Part shown: piece after piece, positions 1-12,568 of the stretch
Layout of the letters: each line of letters starts with the position of its first letter
Position numbering within the stretch: position 1 is the first letter of the stretch
The notes under the pieces: model-generated
Told to the model about the DNA's origin: nothing
The model's input: only the letters and a program-made list of their open reading frames with translations
Databases searched by the model: none
Origin: Macrostomum hystrix
Taxonomy: Eukaryota; Animalia; Platyhelminthes
Assembly (NCBI GenBank): GCA_950097015.1
Contig: CATNEN010000001.1
Coordinates: forward strand, 8,556,001-8,620,000
DNA length: 64,000 nt
Direction of reading: 5' to 3'
Program-made: the position numbers and the translations under genes

Positions 1-209
1 TCAAGACTTCATTCAAGTTTACTCATCTGCGACTTTCCGTGTCAGTATTTTTCTCTCATACTCTCGCCCAGACTTACTCACAGAGAGGTCGCGCGAGTTC
101 GATTCAAAGCTCAGGGACAGCAGTTTCTCTTTTAGTTTGGCACTTCAGTTCGGTTTCAGTTTTAATTAGCCATAACTCACCAATCCAGTGCTTCTAACAA
201 TGCTTTCAG

Positions 210-571
210 GCTACTGGCTATTCCGCATCTCCAACTACCAGAAGGATCTATTCCGTTGCGATCCGCATCATTTAACATTCAATAATTGGCCAACTGTGCC
301 AACCGGAATCCGGGGTCGTCAACTACTGGCTGGCGGTCTGTGGGGTCGCCTGCGTCATCCGAATTTTGTTGGCGACATTGTCATGGCCGTAGCCTGGTCC
401 CTAGCCGCCGGATTCCATGCTCCTCTGGCCTGGCTATACCCTGCCTATCTCCTAGTGCTGCTAGTGCATCGAGCTAGGCGCGACGAAATTCACTGCTCCG
501 CTAAGTATGGCTTGGCCTGGCGACGCTATTGCGAACTGGTGCCGTGGCGGTTTGTGCCCAAAATCTATTGA
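210..571 (+). CDS. Last exon of an ERG4/ERG24-family sterol reductase (LBR/TM7SF2-like)
   Basis: Acceptor tttcag|G at 209/210; motifs LLAGGLWGRLRHPNFVGD, RARRDEIHCSAKYG, WRRYCELVPWRFVPKIY; AATAAA at 613-618. Confidence 0.9.
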
Positions 572-2429
572 GATTTTCATTTCTGGTTTTTTTGCCACGG
601 TTAATTAACAACAATAAAAATGAATTTCTTTATTCCGATAGAATTTTGTTTCGGCGTCTGATTTCGACGTAGACTATTAATTTTTTAAGTAGGCTTGCAA
701 GCTCTACTAACAAGTAGGTAGTTAAGAATTTTTTTAAATAAAAGATAAAAATGACGCCTCAAAATTTAGCCCAACAAACGTTTTCTTTTTTTTTCTATAT
801 AAAAAATAAAAAATAATTTAGCCACTGAATATTATACTCCTCGTGTAATTGAATCGTTACAATTACAAATTAATGTTACCGCTTAACACACCTGTAAAAA
901 AGCGATATGTAAACCAAACTGACTGTTGTCTATTGTTTTTTTAATATCCTGCTTTTCTACTCCTTTGTATGGCTTGATTTGTATAATGTTTCTCATTTAA
1001 ACAACTATTTGCAGCTTTTGTATAAACAAGGCAGTCATCTTTTGTAAAAAAACACTGGAAGTCCATTATTTAATTTTTTGTACTTTCTTAAAAACCTTTG
1101 TTTTGCTGATAGTAGTTAAAATGTATTCGATTAGTCACCTTTTTAGTTAGTTTGTTATACCTGGCTCATTTAACCATCCAATAATTGTTTTGTGCTCGCT
1201 GTATACATGTTCAAAGTAATTGCAGCATTGTGGCAGCTATGTGCTAGTTCTATTTTCTTAACATTATTTTATGAAAGCTTCTTTTGGTATTTTTGGTTTG
1301 TTTTCTTTTAGTGGCCAATAACTATTCTTTTTTGGTCCGATATGAATTGCTTTTTTCTTTATTTTATATTCATTTTTTTACTCGTTCTGACTCCGTTTTT
1401 TACATCGGCTAAGTCACTTGAAAGGTAGCTAACCCTGCGTGACTGTCCCTATGCACTTGCTGACATGCTAAAATATTTAATTAGGTATTGCATGCTCTGT
1501 GTACATAAATTAACCATTGTCATATCAAACTTAATCTGCTGTGTATTTGTTATAACTTTCTTGGTTGCTATGCTTATTTTCTTTTTTTTAAATCACATTT
1601 GATTTCTCAATTCATTGTCAATCCTAAAACCTTACGTGGTGAATGGTAGCGTGTTTTTAGATAATGTAAGTGTCAAAAACATTATTATTGACTGAACCAT
1701 TTTGCTGCAGTTTTTTCCAACAATTTGCTAGCTTTTTAGTTACGAATTTGTAGACACGAATCGCTGTTTTGCAGTTACTGTTATTTACATAATTTTGTTT
1801 GTCCCTTTGCGATTGTAAATAAGTAATTTAACTTATTCCCACTTGCAAAGCATTAGTTATGTCAATTAAAACAAACTAATTTACAATTTAACAATGATAA
1901 TATAACAAGTAGGACAAAAATTAACATGTCAAAGGCCATGTTTTCAGCATTTCTTTTTATTTTTCTGTATCTTTGTAAAATATTCGCTATTCAATAGTAT
2001 ATTCAAAAGTAATTGTGTATTAAACTGTGTTGTCAAAACCTTGATTGGCCCTTGATACTGGTAGTTACATTATTATTACGGTAAAGACTAGCGGTTACAG
2101 TAATGCTTGAATACTACAATGAGAATAATAGGGCGTGCAATAGGAATTATAGAATTGCAGCTGTATAGAATTGGTACATAAATTCCTTGAAAAAGAGTGG
2201 TGAGCAATAGTTGAAAACTAGGGATAATAGGATATTTAAAAATGTATATAAAACAAATTATAGTTAGTCTATTTCTAAGCAGTTTCTTCTCCCATCGTCA
2301 GCGTGCAGCTTTCTTCATACACCTTAGGCGGTCGGCGTGCGGCAATGCCTTGACTACAGCCATAGACATATTCCCTTAGTCTAAATATCTGTCTATTGTC
2401 AATACAATAGACAACGGTGACTTTATCGT

Positions 2430-2664
2430 GGCCGTGGTCTATTTATCCATTGACGAATGGTTTGGACACTAGCTGAGACAAAATAATGCCTGGATTTACC
2501 ATAGACAGTGGGCAATAATGCTCCAGTCAGCGTTTGTTGAAAAAAATACAACTATCCAATCGTCAGCGTAGTGGTGTATTGCACGCTGACTGGAGCATTA
2601 TTGTACGCTGTCTATGGTAAATATTGAGTGTCCAAACCATTCTTCAAAGTGATAAAAGCACGGC
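2430..2664. repeat. Long imperfect inverted repeat (hairpin/MITE-like)
   Basis: 2494-2533 is nearly the reverse complement of 2583-2622; outer arms about 2430-2470 vs 2627-2664 also pair. Confidence 0.7.
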
Positions 2665-2959
2665 TTTCTCATGCAGCAACGCCTGGGACACGAGTGCGCG
2701 AAGCTACTCAAAAGCCGTTCTTTATCTCTCCATTCTGTGTAATAATTCTGTGGTGTACACTACCTAAACCTGACTATGAGAAAGTCTGTGCAGATGTACT
2801 TACCTGTGTGTGTGCCTGCGTACAGTACCAGTGCCCACAGCCCTAGCTCCTCTAAATGTTACTTCCTTAAATGGCATGCTAGCTTGCCGATGTAATATAT
2901 CGCTCTCAAAATCTAGTTGGGGTTCAAATTGAGTGAGTGACACGTCAAGCTTGAGTTAC

Positions 2960-4540
2960 TTATAGGCTGCTATTATCGGATTCGCCGTTACTCGGTTCAT
3001 ATTTACACACTCGGAGGCCATTCGATAACTCGTTGTGATTGTCCTCCTCAAACTGCTTCGCCAGCCATTCAGCGTGTACCGTGCCAGTCAGGCAATACTC
3101 GCGAAGCCTGTCAGCTAGGTCGCTGTCTGCGTCGCTGATCTCCTGCTCAACGTCCATTGTCACTCCGCCAGCTGCTGACTTCGCGATGTTGAGTACTTTA
3201 AACGTGTGCTTGGCTCGCGATGGATTTAACGGGTTGGCTCGCCTGTTGGTTCTATCGCCGATGGCGTTCAGTACTTTCGCTACGTGATCGCTCAGCATTC
3301 GCAACGAGTCGTCGCTTGGAGATTCTCTCAAATTGAATTTATAAAATACGCTTCGAGTCTTTGAAGAGACGCTGCGGACAGTTTTACCCTCCGATAGACC
3401 GTTACTGGTGTCATTAACTTGTTGCAACATGTCACTTGCAATCAGACTCCCTTGCCCTTGGCTGGGCTTCTTCCTCCACAGATTTTTCAAGCTCAATAGT
3501 TGGGCCTTCAGCATTTCGCAGGATGTGCGTTCCTTGGCATCTTTCCGAAGTAGGCACGTAATAATTGGCGCGAGTAAATCTAGCACCTGCTTGTGCCGCT
3601 CATAGTTGAATGGACTTGCAGCTATATCCAGCTCCTTCTCGAGCCAGACCACCATTGGCCTTGCCTGCTGAAGACAATCCACAGTGTTGGACGGCATATC
3701 CATCAAAACCCGAGGAGTTCGACGAAACAAAGCCTCGCATATCACGACTCCTAGGGAAAAACAGTCACATGTCTCATTGTAGTGAACTTCAGTAACCTCG
3801 GGTGCCATCCATAGTTGAGTGCCGACTCTTGGTGTTAGATTGTCATCAATGCATCCAGGTAGGTATCTGCTGCAGTCAAAGTCGCAAAGCTTGCAGTCTT
3901 TACTGCCATTGAACAGCAGGATGTTGCTACTTTTAACGTCTCGGTGAAGTAGTTTCAGGCTGTGCAGATGACTAAGAGCATCTGCTAGTTGCAACATCCA
4001 GCGCAGGCAGTGGGCCATGCTGTAGTAACCATCTTTTCCATCGTCGTCGACATCCGTTGGGAACCACTGCTGATTGGCATGTAGTAATTTGTGCAAGCAG
4101 CGCTCACCAGCCTCCATGATGTACATGCACTCGAGCCGACTATCCATCGAGGAGACAGAACTATTAGTCCAAATTCCAAAAACTGTCACAATGTTCTCGT
4201 TGCCGCACGCCTTGAGAATTTGGTACTCCTTGATACAGACTGGCAGGTCTCTTTCTCTGTCTAGAAACCTCTTTACGGCAACGTAGGGTGTCTGGCTGGC
4301 TACTATTGTGGGTATCAGTTGACCTGATTCGGTCCAGTCAGTGTAGAGCGGTACTTTCTTCACCTCGACTCGATCCGTTTTGTAGAGATACACAGCCGAC
4401 TGAAAGTTTAAACAGTTGATTAAAGTGCCGGAGTCTTCACTGTACGTCTGCGTTGACTCGCTGTTTGAGAGGCTCCGATACTGTGATTCGATGCAGAAGT
4501 CACATTTTTTTAATTTGCTTTTTAAAACAAATATGAGCAT
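2960..4540 (-). CDS. Divergent TKL/MAP3K-like protein kinase (paralog 1)
   Basis: 526-aa ORF with VAVK, HRDVKSSN, KLCDFD, GTQLWMAPE, DCFSLG; true start uncertain. Confidence 0.85.
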   Translation of the reverse strand: MLIFVLKSKLKKCDFCIESQYRSLSNSESTQTYSEDSGTLINCLNFQSAVYLYKTDRVEVKKVPLYTDWTESGQLIPTIVASQTPYVAVKRFLDRERDLPVCIKEYQILKACGNENIVTVFGIWTNSSVSSMDSRLECMYIMEAGERCLHKLLHANQQWFPTDVDDDGKDGYYSMAHCLRWMLQLADALSHLHSLKLLHRDVKSSNILLFNGSKDCKLCDFDCSRYLPGCIDDNLTPRVGTQLWMAPEVTEVHYNETCDCFSLGVVICEALFRRTPRVLMDMPSNTVDCLQQARPMVVWLEKELDIAASPFNYERHKQVLDLLAPIITCLLRKDAKERTSCEMLKAQLLSLKNLWRKKPSQGQGSLIASDMLQQVNDTSNGLSEGKTVRSVSSKTRSVFYKFNLRESPSDDSLRMLSDHVAKVLNAIGDRTNRRANPLNPSRAKHTFKVLNIAKSAAGGVTMDVEQEISDADSDLADRLREYCLTGTVHAEWLAKQFEEDNHNELSNGLRVCKYEPSNGESDNSSL

Positions 4541-5394
4541 AATGAAAGCTGCTACATGTTAATTTCTTACCATATTCACTTTTCTGGAGTCCTTGAAAGC
4601 TTCTTGCGTAGATGCGCCTTCAAAGTCGTTCACAATCACAAACTTGCTACTCTTGCAAATGAGTGAGTCCGTTGATTCTAAATCGGAGAGGAATTATGTA
4701 TACAATTTTCTGTATATATATTGTGCTCATGAGAAAGTTGAGACGGGTCAAAAAAGCTGTAAACAGAACAGGCATGTGACTCAGCAGCAGTACGACTGTC
4801 GTGTGTTGCACAGTGCGCAAACTCAGCGCTGTACGACGTATTATTATCAAGCGGAGTTAGTCATAGGCTCGTAGCTATAGTGCCTGGTCAATTAATACAA
4901 AGAGACCTGGGCGTGAACCTTCTGCTAAGTACTTAAAAAAGGCTTTAGATTCAGAATGTTTAAAGGCTCGTTCGCGTGCTGTGCAAATAAATAGTCCTTA
5001 AAAAACATTGTACAATCGTGTGTTATGGCCTCGTTTGTTGTAAAGTGCGAATCAGACTTTAGAAAGCATTCATAAAGCTGTGTTTAACCGGACCGCGTCC
5101 TTTTCCATTCTATTTTGCTCGAATAGTACATTTTCTATTCAAGCCATCCCTTTGTGCATTCAGAAACGCATCAAGACAATGTTTTTTTCAATCGACCTCC
5201 ACACCTTTCTATGGACTTTGTTCAAATTTTAAACCTGTAACAGTAGAGAGACCACACAGAGTGTAATACCCACATTTTCCCTTTTTTCTGTACCTCCCAA
5301 AATATTCAACGAATAGCTATGAAAATCCAGAACACGGGTTGAAATTTTCCGCTTTATCTAATGAAACAACTTCCAGTATCACAAAACATCGGCA

Positions 5395-5396
<2 letters not shown>

Positions 5397-5450
<54 letters not shown>
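5397..5450. repeat. (GT)n microsatellite, probably the tail of the adjacent LINE
   Basis: About 26 GT units abutting the LINE 3' end. Confidence 0.95.
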
Positions 5451-5452
<2 letters not shown>

Positions 5453-5860
5453 GCCAGTCAGGGAGGTCCAGGGCCGCTCCGGGGAAGACAGAAAGCAGTA
5501 GGCCCACGACGCAGCGAGGATTGGCCCATTAGGTCGATGGGGGCCAGGTCGGTGGGTGGGCGCGGCAGGTGAAGAGGTGCGCGACGGTGTCCTCGGCATC
5601 GTTGCATCTTGGGCAGGTGGTGTCGATGCTTGGGTCGATCTTGGCTGGGTAAGCTCGGAGTAGCCTGCAGTGGCCGGAGCGGAGCTGAGCAAGCGTGGCG
5701 CGGTCACGGCGCGACAGGTGGAGCTCGGACTTATCGACCTGTGGCGCAGGCCGGCCAAGTAGGTGCATGGTGTGCTTCACGGGAGCTGAGGTGCCGTTGG
5801 AAGCAGGCAGAGTGCATCGGCATCGTCGGGATATTCAACGATTCTCGTCGGTGTCTGGGG
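5450..5860 (-). mobile_element. 3' fragment of a non-LTR retrotransposon (ORF2 C-terminal CCHC region)
   Basis: RATLAQLRSGHC...TCPRC...DTVAHLFTC, followed by a (CA)n tail on the minus strand. Confidence 0.75.
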
Positions 5861-6207
5861 GCAAAAACCACCAATAATGGCATTATTTTTCTGCTCACAA
5901 AATTTCATCATGTAACTATGTCGGCTATGATTTTTGTCGACCCGATCTATTTTGGATTGACTAAATTGTTATTTTTTGAAACAATATGGATTCGCCATAG
6001 ATGTCTCTTCGACAAGAACCGCTGAATATCTTGATAATGCTGACGTCAGATAACTTTGAAGGTCAGTACATCGTAAAGGGTGGAAAATTCAGAATCAGAT
6101 GTTGGAATTTCACGAAAATTGCTCACTTGATTTGAGAGCTATCTTGAAGTAGGCATGCAGTGTGTATTTGAAATACACCAGTGGTCTTTCATAGGGGGAA
6201 AGAGGTT

Positions 6208-6440
6208 GTAGCCTTGTGGTTAGAGCGTCGGACTCACGACTTGAAGGTCGGGGGGTTCGATTCCACTGGAACAATTTGTGTCCTTTAGCAAGACACTTAA
6301 CTCTGCAATGCTTCAGTTCACCCAGCTGTTAAATGGGTACCAGCATCAGCTGGGATAATTGAAGGTGGGTGTGGCGTCCCCCCAGTCCATGGACTGTACA
6401 GCTGTGTGCAGCCTTCAGATGCGCCGCGCAATAGCTGCGG
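6208..6440 (+). mobile_element. tRNA-derived SINE (family 1)
   Basis: A-box TAGCCTTGTGGTTAG and B-box GGTTCGATTCC followed by a non-tRNA body (agacacttaactc...aatgggtacc); related copy near 59465-59600. Confidence 0.7.
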
Positions 6441-6789
6441 CTGTGCTGTCGGCTGCACATGTGTCCTAATGAAGCGTATTTTGAGGTTGGTTGAAATCGA
6501 AGTGGTTTCTCCGCTCATGAAATAGAAAATTGTTTCTAATATCCTAATTATTGATTGTATTTCAGAATAAGTTTGCGCAATATATTGTTGAGCTGATCAG
6601 TATAAAAAGATAAATTAAGCGCCATTGATTTCATAGGATGGAAATCAGTACGAGCGTATTAGTGCTGCAAAGCTTGATAAAAAACTCGGATATTAAGTAA
6701 TGATTCCGATTAACATATTATAAAATATACATTATTCTAAACGTGATTTTTTTAATTTGGCAATAAAATTCGCATAATTTTTTGACAGT

Positions 6790-7085
6790 AGAACCCGCAG
6801 CCACGTAGAGACCATTCTGCCCATTTCGCTGACTCCTGAGCACACACACACACACAGATACTGTACGCAGTCATACACACAATTGTGTGCATCTGCCATG
6901 ACTTTCTCATCGTCAGACAGTGTACACTCTCACTGTGCCTTGGAGGTTGGCCCATAAGTTTGTATTATCTAGGACAGGCCCACAAGCCTTCTCTCTCACA
7001 AGCCTTGCCCCCAAAATAATGTGGCGCCTCACAGGGGAATCGAGCTCAGGGACATTGTTGTGAGAGGCAAATGCGCTTGACCACT
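6790..7085 (-). mobile_element. tRNA-derived SINE (family 2)
   Basis: Reverse complement of the family-2 core (gtgtacactgcctgacgatgagaaagtc...gctcaggagtcagcga). Confidence 0.8.
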
Positions 7086-7258
7086 CACCCCCGATTTTCC
7101 TAATAGTGATCTTTTCTATAAAATAATTTGAACTTTTCTTGAAAAATCCTTGAAAATACACGACGAAAAAATAGACAGTTAAAAATTTAGAGCAAAATTT
7201 AAAGTGTTGGACCTGTAAATCGAAAAACAGTTCTATTCAATCAGCGCTTTTGCACCAT

Positions 7259-10200
7259 TCACACGTGCCGAACCATCGAGAATCTAGAGAGCAAATCGCG
7301 AAGCTGCTTCGTTTCCTCTTCGTATTTTTTAATTCCTTCGTCGAAGACGAACTCCAAGTCTTGTTTTGTTTTTTCGTCCATCTCGTCAGTGACAAGGCTC
7401 CAGATATCCGAGGCAAACTGGCGCAGCATGAAGTTGGCAATGGCCTTCGGGATGCTGTTCGCGAGTCTGCATCCAACAAAGATAGCGTAGGCTTCTGTCG
7501 TCTTTTGAAAATGTGTCTTTTTTTGGTCGGCCTGGCTGCTTGCTGACGATACACCTTGAATTGCTTCAACCGCATGGTCTAATGCTGAAGAACCCAATCC
7601 AAGAGCCGCAGCTGTACCCTTCACAAAATCACCCACGCCAAGCTCATTCTCACCTTGATCATTGCCCTGCGATCTAAAATGACAGAAAAACAAATCCTTT
7701 CTAAGTTTGAACGGTAGACAATTCTTATTTTGATTTAGTTAAGAGCCATCAACTAGCTGGTAAGAGAGAAGTGTACAGGCCAGTCTTAATAAGCAACGAC
7801 AATATACGGGCTACAGTTATACTGACTTTATTTCGTCGTCTTTGATCCAACGTTCGCTTTGGAATACAATCTTCTCCATATCAACGATGGTTTGGATGCG
7901 ATCCTTAACGTCAGATCTCAACTTCAGCAAGTGGATTCTGGTTAGCTTTAGTACAGCGTCTCTGAGCGGGTCATGATTTTTCATTTGCTCCTCAACGATC
8001 TCCGCAACGCCGTTCTCGACTGTCATCTCGCACTTGCTGATCAGGTCTTCAACGACCGGCTGGATTTTCTGCATTATGTGTTTGTCAATGATTCTGACTA
8101 AAATCGGAAAATAGTTCTCCAGTGATGGCAGCTCCCAGCCCCTCTGATCAACTTTCTCTTCTTCGGTGATGCTTGGTACTGAAAAATTAAGTCGTGAGGA
8201 ACCATCTTACTCCAAACACCATAGCTGAATTTCAAAGGCAAGAATCGGAAAGATGGTCTCACGGCTTTCTATCAGGTAATCAGTGATTTTTTTCATGCAA
8301 TCACCGAACTCAGTCCAGTGAGCGTAACATCTCGAGTAAATTTTGTTCTTCTCAGTCGCGTGGCGCCCTGTAACTGAGTCGTCTATTTCTTTGTTTGTCT
8401 TTGAAACTAGAGTCTTAACGTTCTTGTTGACGTCCTGTTTTTTCTCCTTGAGTTCTTTCAGCGTACTTTCCGAGCTCGACCATTGTTCCTAAAGCAAAAA
8501 ATTAAAATAGAGGCAAAAATAAACATTGAAAGCTTCGCATGAGAAATAATGACAATCAAAAGCTCAAAGTTCAACGCTCGCTTACCATGACTCGAAGACG
8601 CAGTTCCTCTTTTCGAGGAAGGATCATTTCTCGCATGCAATGTGCTAGGTACATTGTAAGGGCTTCTGTCCCTAAAACTGATGGAGAAAAGGATCGCCAG
8701 AATAGTTGCTGCTCAAAGAAGCTTTTCTCATTTTCTGGCGAATAGTTGCCGCTCTGCGCGTAGCAGTTGACCGCGAACACGCAGTGTTTCTGCATTAGCA
8801 TCTCTCTGATCATGCCCTGCTTATTCTCCGACACGTTGTCACAGTGCGTCATCACGAAGACGGTGCGCTTGAAACCTGGGTCCACTTTCTTTGCAAGCTC
8901 GTAGCCTCTCGAAGTGTCAATGTCAGTGATGGCTTTCAGAACAACTACCATCACGACGTTGGGACTCTGCAGTCGGTTCTTCAGCGCTTCAGTTTTCTCC
9001 TCATGGTCGTCACTGAAAGCAAAGATTGAAAATCCATGACGCGCAAAATGTAAATATCGAAAAAGCCTTAGCAGATAGGAATAAGACCGTTTACCTTCTG
9101 AATCCTGGCACGTCCACAACCGTGAGGTTTGGTCGATTCGGTCCACTGATTCTGACCATGATCTCCTCTGTCATCGAAGTTTCTTTATTAGGGAAACTTT
9201 CATCCATCAGTTTTTTCAGCAGGTCAGAAAAGTCACTCTGTTGATTCACATCAGTTATTTTACCTGCGAATCTAAATGAGATGCAAATGTTTTAACCGTC
9301 AATGTTTTTATAATAGTCAAAAAACTTGCAATAGTGCGTGATTTGATGCCAAGAATCGAACGCCAAAATAAGCGTAAACCATGCAGTCTTTATAATAAAA
9401 GACTCCGGATAACCTGCGTCCTGCGAAATCCGTTAACTCAAGGACACCTAAACAGCTCGAAATATTTTGCTCATCTCCAAATAAAGTTGGCTGGCGCCCC
9501 ATGTGGCAGTGGCGCCCCGAGTGGTAGTGGGGCTCCCATGGTCCGCTAAATCTACATTGGCCCCGAAATCCCCCAAATCATGCAATAACATTTTCGAGCT
9601 CCCGTGGTAGTGGCGCCCCATATGGCAGTGGCGCCCCATATGACAGTGGCGCCTCCGTGTGGTAGTGGCGCTTCCGTGTGGTAGTGGCGCCTCCGTGTGG
9701 TAGTGGCGCCCCCATGTGGCAGTGGCGCCCCCATGTGGTAGTGGCGCCTCCGTGTGGCTGTGGCGCCCCCATGTGGTAGTGGCGCCTCTGTGTGGTAGTG
9801 GCGCCTCCATGTAGCAGTGGCGCCCCCATGTGGTAGTGGCGCCTCCGTGTGGTAGTGGCGCCCCCATGTGGTAGTGGCGCCTCTGTGTGGTAGTGGCGCC
9901 TCCATGTAGCAGTGGCGCCCCTATGTGGTAGTGGCGCCTCCGTGTGGTAGTGGCGCCCCCATGTGGTAATGGCGCCTCTGTGTGGTAGTGGCGCCTCCAT
10001 GTGGCAGTGGCGCCCCCATGTGGTAGTGGCGCCCCCATGTGGTAGTGGCGCCTCCGTGTGGTAGTGGCGCCTCCATGTGGCAGTGGCGCCCCCATGTGGT
10101 AGTGGCGCCTCCGTGTGGTAGTGGCGCCTCCATGTGGCAGTGGCGCCCCCATGTGGTAGTGGCGCCTCCGTGTGGTAGTGGCGCCTCCATGTGGCAGTGG

Positions 10201-10984
10201 CGCCCCCATGTGGTAGTGGCGCCTCCGTGTGGTAGTGGCGCCCGCATGTAGCAGTGGCGCCCCATGTGGCAGTGGCGCCCCCATGTGGTAGTGGCGCCTC
10301 CGTGTGGTAGTGGCGCCTCCATGTGGCAGTGGCGCCCCCATGTGGCAGTGGCGCCCCCATGTGGCAGTGGCGCCCCATGTAGCAGTGGCGCCCCCATGTG
10401 GTAGTGGCGCCTCCGTGTGGTAGTGGCGCCCTTAAAAGGCGCGCTCTCCCCCCTTAGAAAATCCTGGCTACGCCACTGTGCAGAATTGGTGGCAGTACAT
10501 GTTATATAAAAACACAAACAATGACTCACTCGATCGTAGCGCTTTCTTCTTCACTTCTGCGAATGCACAGTCGAATGAGACACTTCGTGCATGTATTGTC
10601 GCCTTTGGGAAGCTTCACTTTTGCAATGGCTTCCAGCACGGTCGACTTGCCATCGGACTGGTCACCAATGACCGCAATCTCAGGTAGGTCAATTGAACTA
10701 CCCAGCTTCAGCTTGTCTACCACATCAAGCAAGAGTACGAACAGGGCGTCGACTTCCTTTAGAGTGCATGAATCTTGAGTCTGGCGCGACCCGGCAGTCC
10801 TGGAACGCTGTTGAGCCTGATCATCGCGATGGGTACTTGCCGCTGACGCGCCTGACGAGCGCTGCTGCTGCTGTGCCTGCCTGACGACTGTCGTACTCGA
10901 AGGTCCAGGTTGGCTGTCAGACTGTGACGCCGGCTGTTGAGCTTGGTTTTGTTGGCTGGCTTCCGATTTCAAACTTTGAAGCAT
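7259..10984 (-). CDS. Mx/dynamin-like large GTPase, 6 exons (10984-10530, 9271-9095, 9012-8586, 8488-8263, 8178-7827, 7673-7259)
   Basis: LPEIAVIGDQSDGKS (G1), GDNTCTK (G2), NLTVVDVPG (G3), VMTHCD (G4 variant), RGWELPS stalk motif, GED-like IPKAIANFML; GT-AG introns with compatible phases. Confidence 0.85.
9490..10478. repeat. About 18-bp GC-rich minisatellite in intron 1 of the GTPase, next to a TIR-like end
   Basis: Unit GTGGYAGTGGCGCCYCCAT; CAGTGGCGTAGCCAGGATTTT on the minus strand ending near 10478. Confidence 0.9.
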
Positions 10985-12005
10985 TTCCCCACTCTTCCTG
11001 TGTAAGTTGCCGTTTTGACATGCTTGGCAAAGTTGGCGATACTTGAAGAAAGTATTATTTTTGCCTCAGTTTTACCTGAGATGAAATTCTTTAATTTCTT
11101 GAAACAGGCGAGTAGGGTCTATATATACGAAAAAGAAAACGAAAAATGAAAACTACAAAATCTTTTGAAACGTTTTTTCTCGAACCTCTCTGAGCATTAT
11201 ACTGTCTGGGGGTCTGAGCTAGACAATTTATTTGCTAATGCACTTTTTCGGAATAAAAATAGAAGTGGAACTTCGCTTTTAACTTAGCGATCATCTCAAA
11301 ATGTTTTATGGGTGCAGTATGCACTTAAAAAGGTCTTAGTTAGCAACTGTTTGGTTTACTGAGCAAGACCTATGGTACAGCGCTTCAGGTCCGAACATGT
11401 AACTACAGGTGTTTAGCAGAATATATATATTTTTTTTAAATAATATAATGCTGTTATACGGTGAAAGGCGCAGTGTACATAACTGCTAATACAAATGTAG
11501 GCCAGAACAGGCCAATTTTATATCATTCGTTTAGAATGCGAGTGTATAAAAGGATTTAGAATTAGCAGATGCATTCTAAATTATCGGGCATTCTAAATTC
11601 TGCACGAACAAAATTACCTCTTATTAAATGGATTGAAGGTCTGCAAAGATGCAGTAGCTTTAAAATTATTGAATTCGCAATGGCCTGCTGCAGTTAGTGG
11701 GTTAAATCAAGGTCAGTTATTTTGTAAGACAATATCGTTGCATAGTAATTATAAATTAAAGGACAAACTGCAAGAAACTATTACTTAGTTAATAAAAGGT
11801 CGATCTTTATCAGCAGTACTTTTAATTACAGGAAAAATGTTCAAGTAATAAAAACTAACCAATTCAGTTAACAGTAGAACCAAAGCGGAGAATTCTCCCT
11901 GACAAATGTTTGTGCTGCACCAGAACGGTGAAGGTCCAGCAGCTCCGTCTTGATGAAGTTGCGTGACTCGTGTATAGGGGTATGAAATACACCATGGCTC
12001 TTACG

Positions 12006-12568
12006 CAGGGGTAGGCAAACTTATTTGCTGGCGGGCCAAAGAGAGAGCCTAAAAGACGACAGCGGGCCGCATTGACTGTATAAATATGAGATAGGGGAGA
12101 GATGAGACACAGGAAAGATGGGACACGAGAGAGATGAGACACGGGAGAGATGAGACACGGGAGAGATGAGACACGGGAGAGATAAGACAGGGAAGAGATT
12201 AGACACGGGAGAGATGAGACACGGGAGAGATGAGACACGGGAGAGATTAGACACGGGAGAGATTAGATACGGGAGAGATGAGACACGGGAGAGATGAGAA
12301 ACGGGAGAGATTAGACACGGGAGAGATTAGACACGGGAGAGATGAGACACGAGAGAGATGAGACACGGGAGAGATAAGATAGGGAAGAGATTAGACACGG
12401 GAGAGATTAGACACGGGAGAGATTAGATACGAGAGCGATGAGACACGGGAGAGATTAGACACGAGAGAGATGAAACAGGACACTGTAGATGTCAGAAGGG
12501 GCAACGGGCCGGATTTGGGAGCTTCGAGGGCCGCATCTGGCCCGCGGGCCGGAGTTTGCCGACCCCTG
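12006..12568. mobile_element. Non-autonomous hAT (Charlie-like) element with an internal 16-bp minisatellite
   Basis: TIRs CAGGGGTAGGCAAAC / GTTTGCCGACCCCTG; perfect 8-bp TSD CTCTTACG at 11998-12005 and 12569-12576. Confidence 0.9.

Noticed and set aside
6208-6270. tRNA gene
   Set aside because: A and B boxes are present but there is no acceptor stem closure, and the sequence continues into a dispersed SINE body
9448-10529. Long His/Gly/Thr-rich ORFs
   Set aside because: Products of an intronic minisatellite that is open in several frames
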